Positions 29,647-40,129 of a stretch of DNA of 64,000 bases are shown piece after piece. Both the position numbers and the translations under genes were made by a program. Source of the stretch: an uncultured Spirochaetota bacterium (lineage in GTDB: Bacteria > Spirochaetota > Spirochaetia > SZUA-6 > Fen-1364); NCBI GenBank assembly GCA_963734545.1, contig CAVTHO010000003.1, positions 416,001-480,000 on the forward strand. Direction: 5' to 3'. Within the stretch, counting starts at the first letter, position 1, and each line of letters begins with the position of its first letter. The notes beneath the pieces are model-generated. The model worked only from the letters and a program-made list of their open reading frames with translations. It made no database searches and was not told the origin of the DNA.

Positions 29647-31115
29647 CCTCGTGAAGAGGCTCGTGATCATCGGCGGAGGCATTGCCCGGGCTTTCCGCGG
29701 CCTGGCAGGCAGCACGGCGGGGCGCGGCATCCCGGGGCCCGGCATCCCGGCCGGACCTGCAGATCACGCTCATCGAGCGTGACGAGCAGGTGGGCGGGAA
29801 GATCCAGTCCGAATCGATCGACGGCTTCGTCCTGGAAGGAGGGCCGGACAGCTTTCTCACGACCAGGCCGGAGGCCCTGCGGCTCTGCGAGGACCTGGGC
29901 ATTTCGGCCAGGCTGATTCCCCGGACCCCGCGCAAGGTCCATTCCTTCATCATGCACAATCATGTCCTCTCGCCCCTGCCGCAGGGATTTTCGGGCATGG
30001 TGCCCATGGACACCGCCGCCCTGGCCGCCAGTCCCCTCCTGTCCGAGAGGGGCAAGCGACGCGCGCTGGAGAAGCCTGCGCAGGAGTGGACTGACGGGGA
30101 CGATGAATCGGTTGCCGCTTTCATGATCCGAAGGTTCGGCGAAGAGGCGTACCAGCTTCTCGTCGAGCCCCTCGTGGGGGGCATCCACGCGGGAGACGCG
30201 TCCCTGCTCAGCCGTGACGCCATCCTGCGCCCTCCTCGAGGGTCCGCCGAGGCAGGCACGGCCGCCGGGCCGGGCAGAGCACCCGAGCCGGGCAGAGCAG
30301 CCGAGCCGGGCAGAGCACCCGAGCCGGGCAGAGCAGCCGAGCCGGGCAGCGGCAGCACTCCGCCGTTCCTGTCATTTCCACGCGGGACCGCGGAGCTTGT
30401 CCACGCGCTGGAAGATCAGCTCGCGGGAGTCACGATTCTCCGTGGGACCAGGGTGGAATCGGTGAGGCGGCACGAAGCCGGCTTCCTTGTCGAAACAGCA
30501 GGCAGGGCGCGGCACGAAGCTGATGCGCTGATCATCGCCACCCCGTCGCATGTTACTGCCCGGCTGGTCGCGCCGTTGGACTCGGCCCTGCGGGAAGCGC
30601 TCGGGCAGATTCAGTCTGCCTCCACCGTCGTCATCCATCTGGCCTACCGGCGCGCGGATGTCGCGCACCCGCTGGACGGCTACGGATACCTGATACCGGA
30701 CGTCGAGCACAGTGACCTGGTTGCCTGCACCTGGAGCTCGCAAAAGTGGGAGGGCCGCGCGCCTTCGGAACACGTGCTGCTGCGGCTCATGGCAGGCCGG
30801 TTCGGACGCCGGGATCCTCTGGGCAGGTCCAACCATGAGCTCTTCGCGCTCGCCCGCGGCGAGCTGTCGGCGACGCTCGGAATCACAGCGGTTCCGGTCC
30901 TGCAGCGGGTTCACCGTTGGGAGCGCGGAATGCCGCAGTACACTGTCGGTCACGTCGGCCGGGTGGACGCCATCAACGCGCGTGTCGCAGCCCTTCCCGG
31001 GCTGTTTCTTGCCGGTTCGTCGTACGGAGGCGTCGGGATTCCCCAGTGCGTGGAATCCGGGGCCCGGGCGGCAGAGGGCGCATGCGCCTATTTCAAAAGA
31101 CAGGGGGAGCACTAA
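29639..31115 (+). CDS. hemY: HemY-type (copro)porphyrinogen oxidase (frameshift near 29687)
   Basis: [14 protein letters not shown] after one indel; [36 protein letters not shown]. Confidence 0.9.
30269..30349 (+). repeat. In-frame 18-bp tandem repeat (x4.5) inside hemY encoding PGRA(P/A)E
   Basis: GCCGGGCAGAGCA(C/G)CCGA repeated, with the two variants alternating. Confidence 0.95.
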
Positions 31116-32423
31116 ATGGGCTCACAGAAATCGCCATTGAACGTCGAAAGGTCCCGCGCGCTCTTTGCCGAGGCCGTCACGCTTCTCCCCGGGGGAGTCG
31201 ATTCTCCTGTTCGGGCATTCAAGGCAGTCGGCGGCGAGCCCCTCTTCATCGAACGGGGGGAAGGGCCCTGGCTCTTCGACGTGGACGGCAACCGCTATAT
31301 CGACTACGTCCTCTCGTGGGGACCCCTGGTGCTCGGGCACGCGCACCCGCGCGTGGTCTCCGCGCTGATCCAGGCGGCATCCCGCGGCACCAGCTTCGGC
31401 GCCCCGAGCCCCCTGGAGCTGGATCTGGCCCGGCTCGTTCGCGGGCTCATGCCGAGCGTCGAGCTGATCCGGTTCGTCAATTCTGGAACAGAGGCGGTGA
31501 TGAGCGCGCTGCGCCTTGCCCGGGCGTTCACCGGCAGGGACAAGATCGTGAAATTCGCCGGCGGCTACCACGGTCACGCCGACATGCTGCTCGTGCAGGC
31601 CGGCTCCGGGGCCGCGACTCTCGGATTGCCCGATTCGCCGGGCGTGCCGGCCGCGGTCACGGCAGACACCCTCTCCTGCGCCTACAACAACCTTGAAGCA
31701 GTGGAGGAGGTCTTCCACCGCCAGCGGGGCAGGATCGCGGCGGTGATCGTGGAGCCTGTTGCGGGCAACATGGGCGTCGTTCTGCCGGAACCGGATTTCC
31801 TGCAGGGCCTCCGCGCCATCACGAAAGCGGACGGCGCGCTCCTGATATTCGACGAGGTGATGACCGGGTTCCGGGTCCACCTGGGCGGCGCCCAGGCCTT
31901 GTACGGGGTCACGCCGGATCTCTCGGTGCTGGGCAAGGTCATCGGGGGCGGCATGCCGGTGGGCGCCTACGGGGGACGCCGTGACATCATGGGGCTGGTG
32001 GCGCCGGCAGGCCCGATGTACCAGGCCGGAACCCTCTCGGGGAATCCCCTCGCCATGAGCGCGGGGATCGCGACCCTGAAGGAGCTCAGCCTCCCGGGAG
32101 TCTGGGACCGGCTGGCGAAAACGACGCAGGAGCTTGCCGAGGGATTGTCTCGCGCAGGGCGGTCAGCAGGGGTGCCCCTCCAGGTGAGCCATGTCGGCTC
32201 GATGTTCGGCCTTTTCTTTTCCGCGGAGCCTGTCAGGGACTGGGACAGTGCAAAGAGATCGGACACGGGCCGGTTCTCCCGCTACTTCAGGAGGATGCTC
32301 GAAGCGGGTGTCTACCTTGCGCCGTCGCAGTTCGAAGCGGGTTTTGTCTCGACCGCGCACGGCGCGGCGGAGGTGGCGGCCACGGTGAAGGCCGCGGAGC
32401 GGGCATTCGCCGGTCTGGTCTGA
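31116..32423 (+). CDS. hemL: Glutamate-1-semialdehyde 2,1-aminomutase
   Basis: [55 protein letters not shown]. Confidence 0.97.
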   Translation: MGSQKSPLNVERSRALFAEAVTLLPGGVDSPVRAFKAVGGEPLFIERGEGPWLFDVDGNRYIDYVLSWGPLVLGHAHPRVVSALIQAASRGTSFGAPSPLELDLARLVRGLMPSVELIRFVNSGTEAVMSALRLARAFTGRDKIVKFAGGYHGHADMLLVQAGSGAATLGLPDSPGVPAAVTADTLSCAYNNLEAVEEVFHRQRGRIAAVIVEPVAGNMGVVLPEPDFLQGLRAITKADGALLIFDEVMTGFRVHLGGAQALYGVTPDLSVLGKVIGGGMPVGAYGGRRDIMGLVAPAGPMYQAGTLSGNPLAMSAGIATLKELSLPGVWDRLAKTTQELAEGLSRAGRSAGVPLQVSHVGSMFGLFFSAEPVRDWDSAKRSDTGRFSRYFRRMLEAGVYLAPSQFEAGFVSTAHGAAEVAATVKAAERAFAGLV

Positions 32424-32429
32424 GCCCCG

Positions 32430-33954
32430 CTACCGGGCGGGCAAAAGCGCCCCGGCCAGCTTGTCGTACATGCTTCTATTCTCGTCCACGATCTGCCGGC
32501 CCAGCCGGAGGGCTTTCTCGACGGCCTCGGTCTCCCGGTCGTACCAGTCCTTCAGATCCTCGAGGTCGGCAACCGTCACATTCGGCGCGGACTCCCCCAG
32601 CGCCGGGTCCACGTTTCTCGGCATTGTCAGATCGACTATCAGGACCTTCCTTGCACCATCGAACGAGGGCGCATGCTCCTTCATCAGGACGAGATGGGGG
32701 CTGAAAGTCGCGCAGACGATCACGTCCGTTCGGGAAAGGCTGCTTCGGAGGTCGTTGATCCCGCAAAGGGTGACCTTCCCGGCCCATGATTCCGGCAGCT
32801 CCGGACGCTTTATGTGGTAGCACCAGTCGCAGCTCAGACCCATGCGGACGAGCTTTTCAACCATCGTTGACCCGACCACGCCGGAGCCGAGCACGAGTAT
32901 CCGCGCGTGTTCCAGATCTGCGCGCTTCGCCTGCAGGTAGCTGATGCACAGATCTTCGATTTCCAGGTCTTTCAGAAACTGCCCGGTCGTGTTGCGGATC
33001 TCCTTGGAGATATGAAGCGCCGTGGAGACCCACTCCTGCATGACGCCGCCCGCCCAACCGGCGCGCACCGCGTACCCCAGGGCTTCTTTCACCTGGGAAA
33101 CGATGTGATACTCCCCCGGTGATTGTGAGAAGAGTCCGGCGCTCAGCATTGCGGCGTGCGCAAATGCATCAAACTGGCGCTTCACGTAGTAGTCCCCGGC
33201 CCCGAGCTGATCGAATCCCAGCACCCGGCCCAGGAGTGCCGTCATGTCGCTCTTGTCCGACACGAGCGCATGGAGCTCCACGCGATTGCAGGTGTTCAGC
33301 AGGATGAACTCCTGGACGCCGACGAGCTGCATCAGCATGATTCCGGTCCGCTCCAGGCGCTGGCCGACCAGGTGGTACGGCTCTCTCCTGTCGATGGACA
33401 GGTATTCGTGGCTCGTGCCGATCACGAGAACGGAGGTCGAATCAGCGTGCTCGATCTGCCGCGAAAACTGATCCCTGATCATGCGCGCGCGCCTGCTCGG
33501 GCGGCCGCCCGTGGAGATGGTGACCGTGAGATCGTCCTTGCGGAGTATCACGGGCACCGCAAAGTCTCCTGCCGCCCAGTTGCCGTCCACCGAGGAGCAG
33601 AGGATGCCGCGCGCGCGGCACAGGTCCACGACGCGGCTGTTGAGGATCCGGTCATCGGACGCCGCGAACACCAGGAAGCTGCCGTCCAGGTCCGACTCCA
33701 TGAGCTCGCGCCGCAGGAATGTGACGGACGCCTTCTCCGGTCAGAGCCTCGAGGTCCTCGCACATCTCTGCGCTGACGACTGTCACCTCGGCGCCGGCGT
33801 CCCGCAGCAGCCGGACCTTGTCCAGCGCCACCCTGCCGCCGCCTGCCACGAGTGTTTTTCGGCCGTCGAGAAGCAGATTCACGGGAAAGGCCCGCTTGTC
33901 TGGTGCGCGCGAATCCCTGGCAGGTCGGGCAGACTCCGGTCTTTTCTCTATCAC
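32430..33954 (-). CDS. hemA: Precorrin-2 dehydrogenase (CysG-N/SirC-like) fused to glutamyl-tRNA reductase (frameshift near 33730)
   Basis: N-part FPVNLLLDGRKTLVAGGGRVA...VDGNWAAGDFAVP...ISTGG. C-part LNTCNRVE, GEYHIVSQVK, LVLGSGVVG and DLTMPRNVDP. Confidence 0.85.
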
Positions 33955-35072
33955 AGGCTTGCTCTGTAGGGACAGGCCGGATCCTCCTGGTAGGGATCCT
34001 GGAACTCCGCGTACGCCCGGGACCGCGAGCCGCCGCAGATCACCTTGTGCTCGCATTCCCCGCAGCGCCCCTTGAGATTTGCCGGGTTCCGCATGCCGAC
34101 GAGCAGGGGATGGGTCGTGTAGATCGACTTCAAGGTCTCCTCTTTCACGTTGCCCAGGGACAGGGGCAGGAAACCGCTCGGGTAGACTTCACCGTCATGA
34201 CGCGATGAAGATAATGCCTTTTCCGTCTCCCGTCGCGTTTATCCTCAGCGAGGGAGTGTTCGTCGGCTCCCCCTCCAGCTCTCGCAGCCTGCGCGAGAGG
34301 TGACCGTACAGCTCGCCCCGGGGAGCCTCTCCGCCGTTCTGGCGCTGCACGTACACGCGCCTGAAATGGGGGCCCTCGGAGGTGCGCACCGGGATGCCGT
34401 ACCTCGTGGAGTCGTAGAGGAAATGCGCAACCTCCTCGCACTCCCCGGCTTCAGGATTCTCGAGGGACGACCCGCGCCCCGTGCGGATCAGAAAGAACAC
34501 TTCCCAGGCAACCGCGCCCCTCTCCCGGGCCAGGTGGAATATGTCGGCCAGGTCGCGCAGGTTGCTCCTCATGACGGTCGTATTGACCTGGAGCCTCATC
34601 CCGCAGGACGTGGCGGTTTCGATTGCCTCGAGGGTCGCCCGCCAGGTCCCCGGGATGTCCCGGATCCTGTCGTGGATTTCGGCTGACGCTCCATCCATGC
34701 TCACGGACATTATCTCCACGCCGAGGTCTCTCATGAGCTCGAGCTTTTCCCTGGTCAGGAGGGGCGTGACGCTCGCCGCCACCGCCGTGTAGATGCCCTG
34801 GCTGCTTGGCGTGCCGGATCGAGGTCGAAGATATCCGGGCGCATGAGCGGGTCCCCGCCGGTCAGCAGCAGGGCGGGGTAGGGCTCTCCGAACTCCCGCA
34901 GCTGGTCGATGAGCTGCTTCCCTGACTCGTAGTCGAGCTCATCCGGAAGGCTGTTTCGTATGGCTGTTGCCCTGCAATGTCTGCAGGAGAGAAGGCAGGA
35001 TTTCGTGGTTTCCCAGCAGACAAAAATGGGTTTCGTGGAGTAGTCCACGATCTTGGTCCATGGCGGCTGCAT
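33951..35072 (-). CDS. Radical SAM/SPASM protein (TIGR04053/AhbC-AhbD/NirJ-like; several indels)
   Basis: WETTKSCLLSCRHCRA, LTGGDPLMRPD, GEVYPSGFLP, KGRCGECEHKVICGGSRSRAY, EDPAC. Confidence 0.85.
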
Positions 35073-35190
35073 CTGCGGATGCCCCTTTCATCAAAGCGCT
35101 GATGAAGTGAAGTCCGATAGTCCACCGGCACGGCGATTTGTGTCAAGACTCGACAGCGCAGGATCCGGCCTCGTCTTCGCCGGTTTCCCG

Positions 35191-37212
35191 CTAGTCCTTG
35201 ATGCGCGTTTCCCGGGCGAGGTCCTGCAGGTATTTCTTCATGTCCTCCTCGGCGACCATCCCCTCCTTCGACGCAAAGAGCGTATATGCGAAGTCCTTTT
35301 TGATCACGACTTTGTCACCCACGATGTAATCAGGATGAAGAAAGCCCACATTCATCCTGCCGTTCTCCGCGTAGACCCTCCCGGTATAAGGGTGCCCGCG
35401 CTCGAGAACCAACTTTTTCCACTGATCCTTTGTCCGCTCAGGGAGGGAGCGGGTTGGTTCCGGCCAGCGGTAGATGGTGAAGAAATTGTTGCGGCTTGCC
35501 CCTCCCGTATCGACGGTCAGCTTGCGGATATCCCAGACCGGACTCCCGTTTTTCAGAAAGACGCTGCATCCGAGGAAAAGACCGGAATCCTTCGTGATCT
35601 CCACCAGGCCTTCTCTCACGCGCGCGGATACGCTGGGCGTGTCGATGTCCGCGAAAGCGCCTGCCTGGTAGGAGACAGAAACGTGTTCGAGGGCTCCGAA
35701 CCGGAAATCCTTCTCCTGCAGGTACGCACCCCACTCGTCCAGGGTGCCGTTGTAGGAGATGTTCATGAAGTCCGGGATCCTCCTCATATCATAGAGCGCC
35801 GCGTCTCTGTTCGTGGACGGGATGACGGCATAGATAAGCGAGAGGCCCGCGGGTGTCGGCGTGGCGCAGGTCATCACCAACTGATCGGAGTATTCCACGA
35901 GGTAGACATTGATCCGCCAGATGCGGCCGAACCGGTCGGTGAGCGGGATGCTCTGGATCGGCGCGCCCAATGAAAGCACGCGCGAACCCTGGTCGCTGGC
36001 GGAAAGCTTCCTCGTGATGTTGATCCCCTTCAGCAGGAGATCCATTGCCCTGCGGGGATTGTCCCAAAGCTCGCGGACGGACACGTCGCCGGGCCGGCGG
36101 AGGCGCAGGAGCCACACGCGCGCGTCCTTGTAGATTTCAGCCGAGCTGACGGCGCCATCGTTGTCGATATTCGTCGTCTCGACCTTGAGATCAGTCAGGT
36201 ACCAGGAACCGTTCGTTGGATTCCTCAGGAATATCTGCGGGAAACTCCCATTCACGAATTGGAACAGCGCCTGCGCGGAGCCGGGCCCGTCGGGAAATAG
36301 ATCCTGCCTGTTTTCCGCGAAAAGCCTGTCCATGCCGCCCTTATAGAACTCCTGGAGAGCTGTGAGGTACTTGTTCGTGAGCTCGCCGTAGGGAAGGGGA
36401 AGGTCCCAGGCGGCCTCCATTGTCATCATCTTCCGCATATTGAACACCGGAAAGGTGAAAGTGATCTTCCTGTGTATCATCGCTTTTCCCGGGAGAATCT
36501 CCTTCATCGGGAGCGAATAGCAGAAATCGTCCTTCCGCGACAACACGAGGCCGATGACGTCCCCATTTCTGTTCAGGAGCGGGCCGCCGCTGCTGCCGGG
36601 ATTCGTCGCGATGGAGCTTTTCAGAAAATGCCAGGCGCCATTTTCCGGTTCCGGTACCTCATCCAGCAGCACCCCTTCACGGATGACAATCCCTTCGCCG
36701 TACGCATCTCCCGCGGAAAATACCTGCGCGTTGAATTCATTGCGAGGTTCGATCTTCAGCCACGTGTCGAAGGTCCTGCCTTTGACGGTCAGCACGACAT
36801 AGTCGCGATTGTCGCTGAAAGCGCTTATGTTTTCGACCTCGTACACACGCTCGACTGGCTGCGCGCCTTCCCTCACCTTTTCACGGATGAAGCGGGTCGT
36901 GTAGATCTGGGATCCCGGGTTGAGCACGTGAGCCGCGGTGACAAGCTCCCTGTCGCTGACGGCGAATGCCGTTCCCAGCGGGATATATCTGTCGTTCCGG
37001 ACTGCAAAGTCCAGGAGCTCCCAGTTCAAAGGCTTGTCGTATGTCAATGAATCCTGCGTCGTCTTTTCCGCCACGACTTCAAAGCAGGCGGCGCGGATGT
37101 TCTTGAGCTTCTCATCGGTCAGGAGGACGCCTGACCCGGTGCCGGCCTGCTGCGCGCCGGCGCGGCAGAGGACGAGGCATACGAAAAACCCTATGGCCAA
37201 CGCCTGTTTCAT
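35191..37212 (-). CDS. Secreted trypsin-like (S1) serine protease with long C-terminal extension
   Basis: Signal peptide MKQALAIGFFVCLVL; triad motifs VTAAHV, RDYV and NPGSSGGPL. Confidence 0.85.
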   Translation of the reverse strand: MKQALAIGFFVCLVLCRAGAQQAGTGSGVLLTDEKLKNIRAACFEVVAEKTTQDSLTYDKPLNWELLDFAVRNDRYIPLGTAFAVSDRELVTAAHVLNPGSQIYTTRFIREKVREGAQPVERVYEVENISAFSDNRDYVVLTVKGRTFDTWLKIEPRNEFNAQVFSAGDAYGEGIVIREGVLLDEVPEPENGAWHFLKSSIATNPGSSGGPLLNRNGDVIGLVLSRKDDFCYSLPMKEILPGKAMIHRKITFTFPVFNMRKMMTMEAAWDLPLPYGELTNKYLTALQEFYKGGMDRLFAENRQDLFPDGPGSAQALFQFVNGSFPQIFLRNPTNGSWYLTDLKVETTNIDNDGAVSSAEIYKDARVWLLRLRRPGDVSVRELWDNPRRAMDLLLKGINITRKLSASDQGSRVLSLGAPIQSIPLTDRFGRIWRINVYLVEYSDQLVMTCATPTPAGLSLIYAVIPSTNRDAALYDMRRIPDFMNISYNGTLDEWGAYLQEKDFRFGALEHVSVSYQAGAFADIDTPSVSARVREGLVEITKDSGLFLGCSVFLKNGSPVWDIRKLTVDTGGASRNNFFTIYRWPEPTRSLPERTKDQWKKLVLERGHPYTGRVYAENGRMNVGFLHPDYIVGDKVVIKKDFAYTLFASKEGMVAEEDMKKYLQDLARETRIKD

Positions 37213-37434
37213 GCAGATCGGCCAGGGACGAGTTCTGATGAGGGACGCGGCTCGAATAAAGCACTGCACTGCGCGCACTTCCTTATGGGGTGCACTTTTC
37301 CAACATGATATCCCGGGCTGCGCGCCGGGGCAAGAGATCGGGGATGCAGGAACTTTGCGAGTCATTCCTTGTGTCGCCTTCCTAAAGCGAACCGATGTCG
37401 CACAGCGACGCGCTTCCCGGGGAAGGCTGCGCGT

Positions 37435-37476
37435 CCCTGCAACTTTCGTGTCATTGATGCAACGTAAGTTGCAGGG
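37435..37476 (+). promoter_or_regulatory. Putative bEBP upstream activator sequence (42-bp nested palindrome)
   Basis: CCCTGCAACTT...AAGTTGCAGGG with internal TGCAAC-N4-GTTGCA, 74 bp upstream of a sigma54 motif; related to 49509-49550. Confidence 0.7.
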
Positions 37477-37550
37477 GCAGGGAATTTGACTTCCGCCCTA
37501 CGGAAAAACAAGTTCTTTAGTTGAAAGGAAATAACGTCCGAGTCCTTGAT

Positions 37551-37566
37551 TGGCACTGTGCTTGCA
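37551..37566 (+). promoter_or_regulatory. sigma54 (-24/-12) promoter
   Basis: TGGCACTGTGCTTGCA, GG-N10-GC, matching the TGGCAC-N5-TTGC consensus. Confidence 0.8.
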
Positions 37567-37632
37567 TAAAGAAAGTATGGTCGAAACCCGGTCAGCATGC
37601 ATCGTCGTTCTGATGATAGAGGAGAACGGGAA

Positions 37633-39084
37633 ATGAACAGGAAACGTTTTTTTTTGTCAGGGACTGCTGCGGGAATGACTCCCGGCAAGGTCATAAGACC
37701 GGAGTCCATTCACGGTCTCATTGCCACTGCACTGCTTCTGACCCTTCTATTAACCGGCTGCATATCTACACAGCTGACCAAGGATGCCTTTCTTTCTCCT
37801 GAGAAGAAAGGAAGCGTGCGGACAATAGGCGTTGTTCCTGGCGGAGATCCTCGGTTCGCCATGAAAGCATACAAGAACGACCAGCAAGCCAGGATCGTCG
37901 GAACGACTGCTATTGGCGGACTTGCCGGATTTGGATCTGCAGGCACGTTTGCGTTGGCTGGAGCTATGAGCATGGGAGTATTGTTTTTGCCCCTGGGTGG
38001 AGATGCAGCCTCTTCCGCATCCAATTGGGCGCTCGCCGAGCTCTTTCCTGCGATTCTGGCCTGCACGGCCATCGGGGCAGGAGTCGGTCTGGTCTCTGCC
38101 GCAGCAAACTCCGTACCCGCCGGAAGGGCGGAGGAGATCGAAGCAAATGTATTCCCATCGCTTTCTGATTTCCCCTTTCAGGAGAGAATGGTTGAGCAGA
38201 TCATAGCGGCCGGAACCGGCAATACTGAATACACCTTTCTGGATTTGCATCGCGCCGATGCACAGGATCATCTCTTCGAAGGAGTAGATGCGATGCTCGA
38301 GATGAGCGAACTGAACATAGGTCTTCGGGATCTGGGGAACCGTCTTCAGCTCTCCGCAGTCGCAAGCGCGCAGCTGATTGAGAAGGACACGGGAACCATA
38401 CTCGCAGAGCGGACTTTCTCGCATGTGTGGAGGACATTCGGCAGGAACAAGCCCGAGGCTGGGGACGAGCCGCTGACGAAGGAAGAAATCGACGGCTGCC
38501 TTCATGTGCTTTCTGAGGACATAGTCGATACGCTTTGCCTCATGGAGGATTTTCCGTCGCGCTTCATTGATGGAGTTTTGGTTCCGCGAGGTATATACAC
38601 CTTCGCACTGCAGCCCAGGAACCCAAAACCGGAGGGCAGTTTTTTCTGGATGAAATGGAAGTCAGGCACTGTCGATTCTATCCAGCCCAGACTGGAGTGG
38701 GCGCCGTTTCCCAGTCAACCAGAGTTGAACACCAAAGGACGCCTCACGGAAATCGGGCAGGTGTCATATGACCTGAGGATCTGGAGGTTGGCCGAAGAAA
38801 TGCATCACCCCTCGGAGCGGGTGTATGAACGCAAAGGTCTCGTCGATCCCTGGCATACCGTCGAGCGACCGCTCGAGTATGGGAGGACTTACTATTGGGC
38901 TGTTCGTGCAAGGTTTGTGAGTGAAGGACATGCGGCATTGACTCCATGGACAACATGGCCCGGCTATCTCCCCCTCGTCAGCGAAGAAGGAACCGGCACA
39001 GGAAGGGTCTCCGGCCAGTACAAATTCTCGACTCCCGCGCTGCCCGTTGAATTGAAATTCTATCGCCCTGGCAGCACACGGTGA
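37633..39084 (+). CDS. Hypothetical lipoprotein (start uncertain: 37597, 37633 or 37675)
   Basis: LLLTLLLTGC lipobox, Gly/Ala-rich hydrophobic insert, and FN3-like C-terminal segment (LEYGRTYYWAVRARF). Confidence 0.65.
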   Translation: MNRKRFFLSGTAAGMTPGKVIRPESIHGLIATALLLTLLLTGCISTQLTKDAFLSPEKKGSVRTIGVVPGGDPRFAMKAYKNDQQARIVGTTAIGGLAGFGSAGTFALAGAMSMGVLFLPLGGDAASSASNWALAELFPAILACTAIGAGVGLVSAAANSVPAGRAEEIEANVFPSLSDFPFQERMVEQIIAAGTGNTEYTFLDLHRADAQDHLFEGVDAMLEMSELNIGLRDLGNRLQLSAVASAQLIEKDTGTILAERTFSHVWRTFGRNKPEAGDEPLTKEEIDGCLHVLSEDIVDTLCLMEDFPSRFIDGVLVPRGIYTFALQPRNPKPEGSFFWMKWKSGTVDSIQPRLEWAPFPSQPELNTKGRLTEIGQVSYDLRIWRLAEEMHHPSERVYERKGLVDPWHTVERPLEYGRTYYWAVRARFVSEGHAALTPWTTWPGYLPLVSEEGTGTGRVSGQYKFSTPALPVELKFYRPGSTR

Positions 39085-39127
39085 ACCGGGAGTGCTGCAA
39101 GAAGTTGAAAGCCTGTCGCGAGTCCCG

Positions 39128-40129
39128 TCATCCACCGTGGAAGATGGCCAGGACCTCCTTCAGCCACACCACAAACTCCGCGGTAGATGAAGCTGTCGGC
39201 ATGCCTCCCCTCTCCCAATAGCCGCCAGGCTGTTGATCGCGGACGAGGAATTCGCATGACTTGCGAGCTGCCTCTGCATATTCCTGTTTGCCCGTAGTCT
39301 GATACAGATATGATGACCCAAGCCCCACCTTGCCCGTGCCGTCCGTCAGAAACACATCGGGATGGCAACCGCGGGCGATCTTGAAGATTTTGCGGGCAGT
39401 GCGCAGGTGCCGTTGTTGACCTGTAATGGCGTACAGCTTGGCCAGGAATACGATCCCCGCGCCGAGATAATAATAGTACTGCTGCGGCGCGGGCGGCTCC
39501 AGGAGATAGTAGCGTGGTTCAGCACAACCCGCGGGAACCGCTGTGAGTAGCTTCCCTCCGTCTCCTTTCCGCAGCCATAGCCTCTTGCCCACCTCTGGCT
39601 GTTGCGCAAGCAGATCGTCGATCCACCGGGCAGCTGCCTTCGCCTCTTTCACGCGGCCAAAGCTAAGACCCACGAAGGAGGTAAAGGCGGTGCTCAACAG
39701 GTCCTGCTCGCTGCTTCCCGATCCATAGGTTGCTTCGGAGCAGTAGCCACCGGTTCCCGGGTGCCTGAACCGCAGCAAGTAGTCCATGCCCGGGTACGAC
39801 ATGTCGAAGCGCCCCATTGTCTGGGCGGCCCAGACAAACCAGCAACTGGAGTATGTATAGTGGGCTTGATGGAAGCCGGCCCGCTCGGCCTTGAAATCGC
39901 CCTCCGGAGTGAATATCTCGCGTCTTGCCCAATCCAGCAGCCTGCCGGCCTCCTCGAGATGCCCGGTGATCGCCAACCCCTTGGGGACCTTGTAGTATGT
40001 CAGTGGACCCCTGTCCGCGGGATTGATTGACCCATCAGGGTTCTGGATGCTGAGCATCCATTTCGTCGCCGCCTTCACTGCTTTGACATAGCCCGCAATG
40101 TCGGCTGCCGTCATCACTGCCTGTGCCAT
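39128..40129 (-). CDS. Hypothetical alpha/alpha-barrel protein (prenyltransferase/terpene-cyclase-like repeats)
   Basis: QW-like motifs WMLSIQNPDGS and FLVRDQQPGGYW; translationally coupled to the ROK gene. Confidence 0.55.
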   Translation of the reverse strand: MAQAVMTAADIAGYVKAVKAATKWMLSIQNPDGSINPADRGPLTYYKVPKGLAITGHLEEAGRLLDWARREIFTPEGDFKAERAGFHQAHYTYSSCWFVWAAQTMGRFDMSYPGMDYLLRFRHPGTGGYCSEATYGSGSSEQDLLSTAFTSFVGLSFGRVKEAKAAARWIDDLLAQQPEVGKRLWLRKGDGGKLLTAVPAGCAEPRYYLLEPPAPQQYYYYLGAGIVFLAKLYAITGQQRHLRTARKIFKIARGCHPDVFLTDGTGKVGLGSSYLYQTTGKQEYAEAARKSCEFLVRDQQPGGYWERGGMPTASSTAEFVVWLKEVLAIFHGG

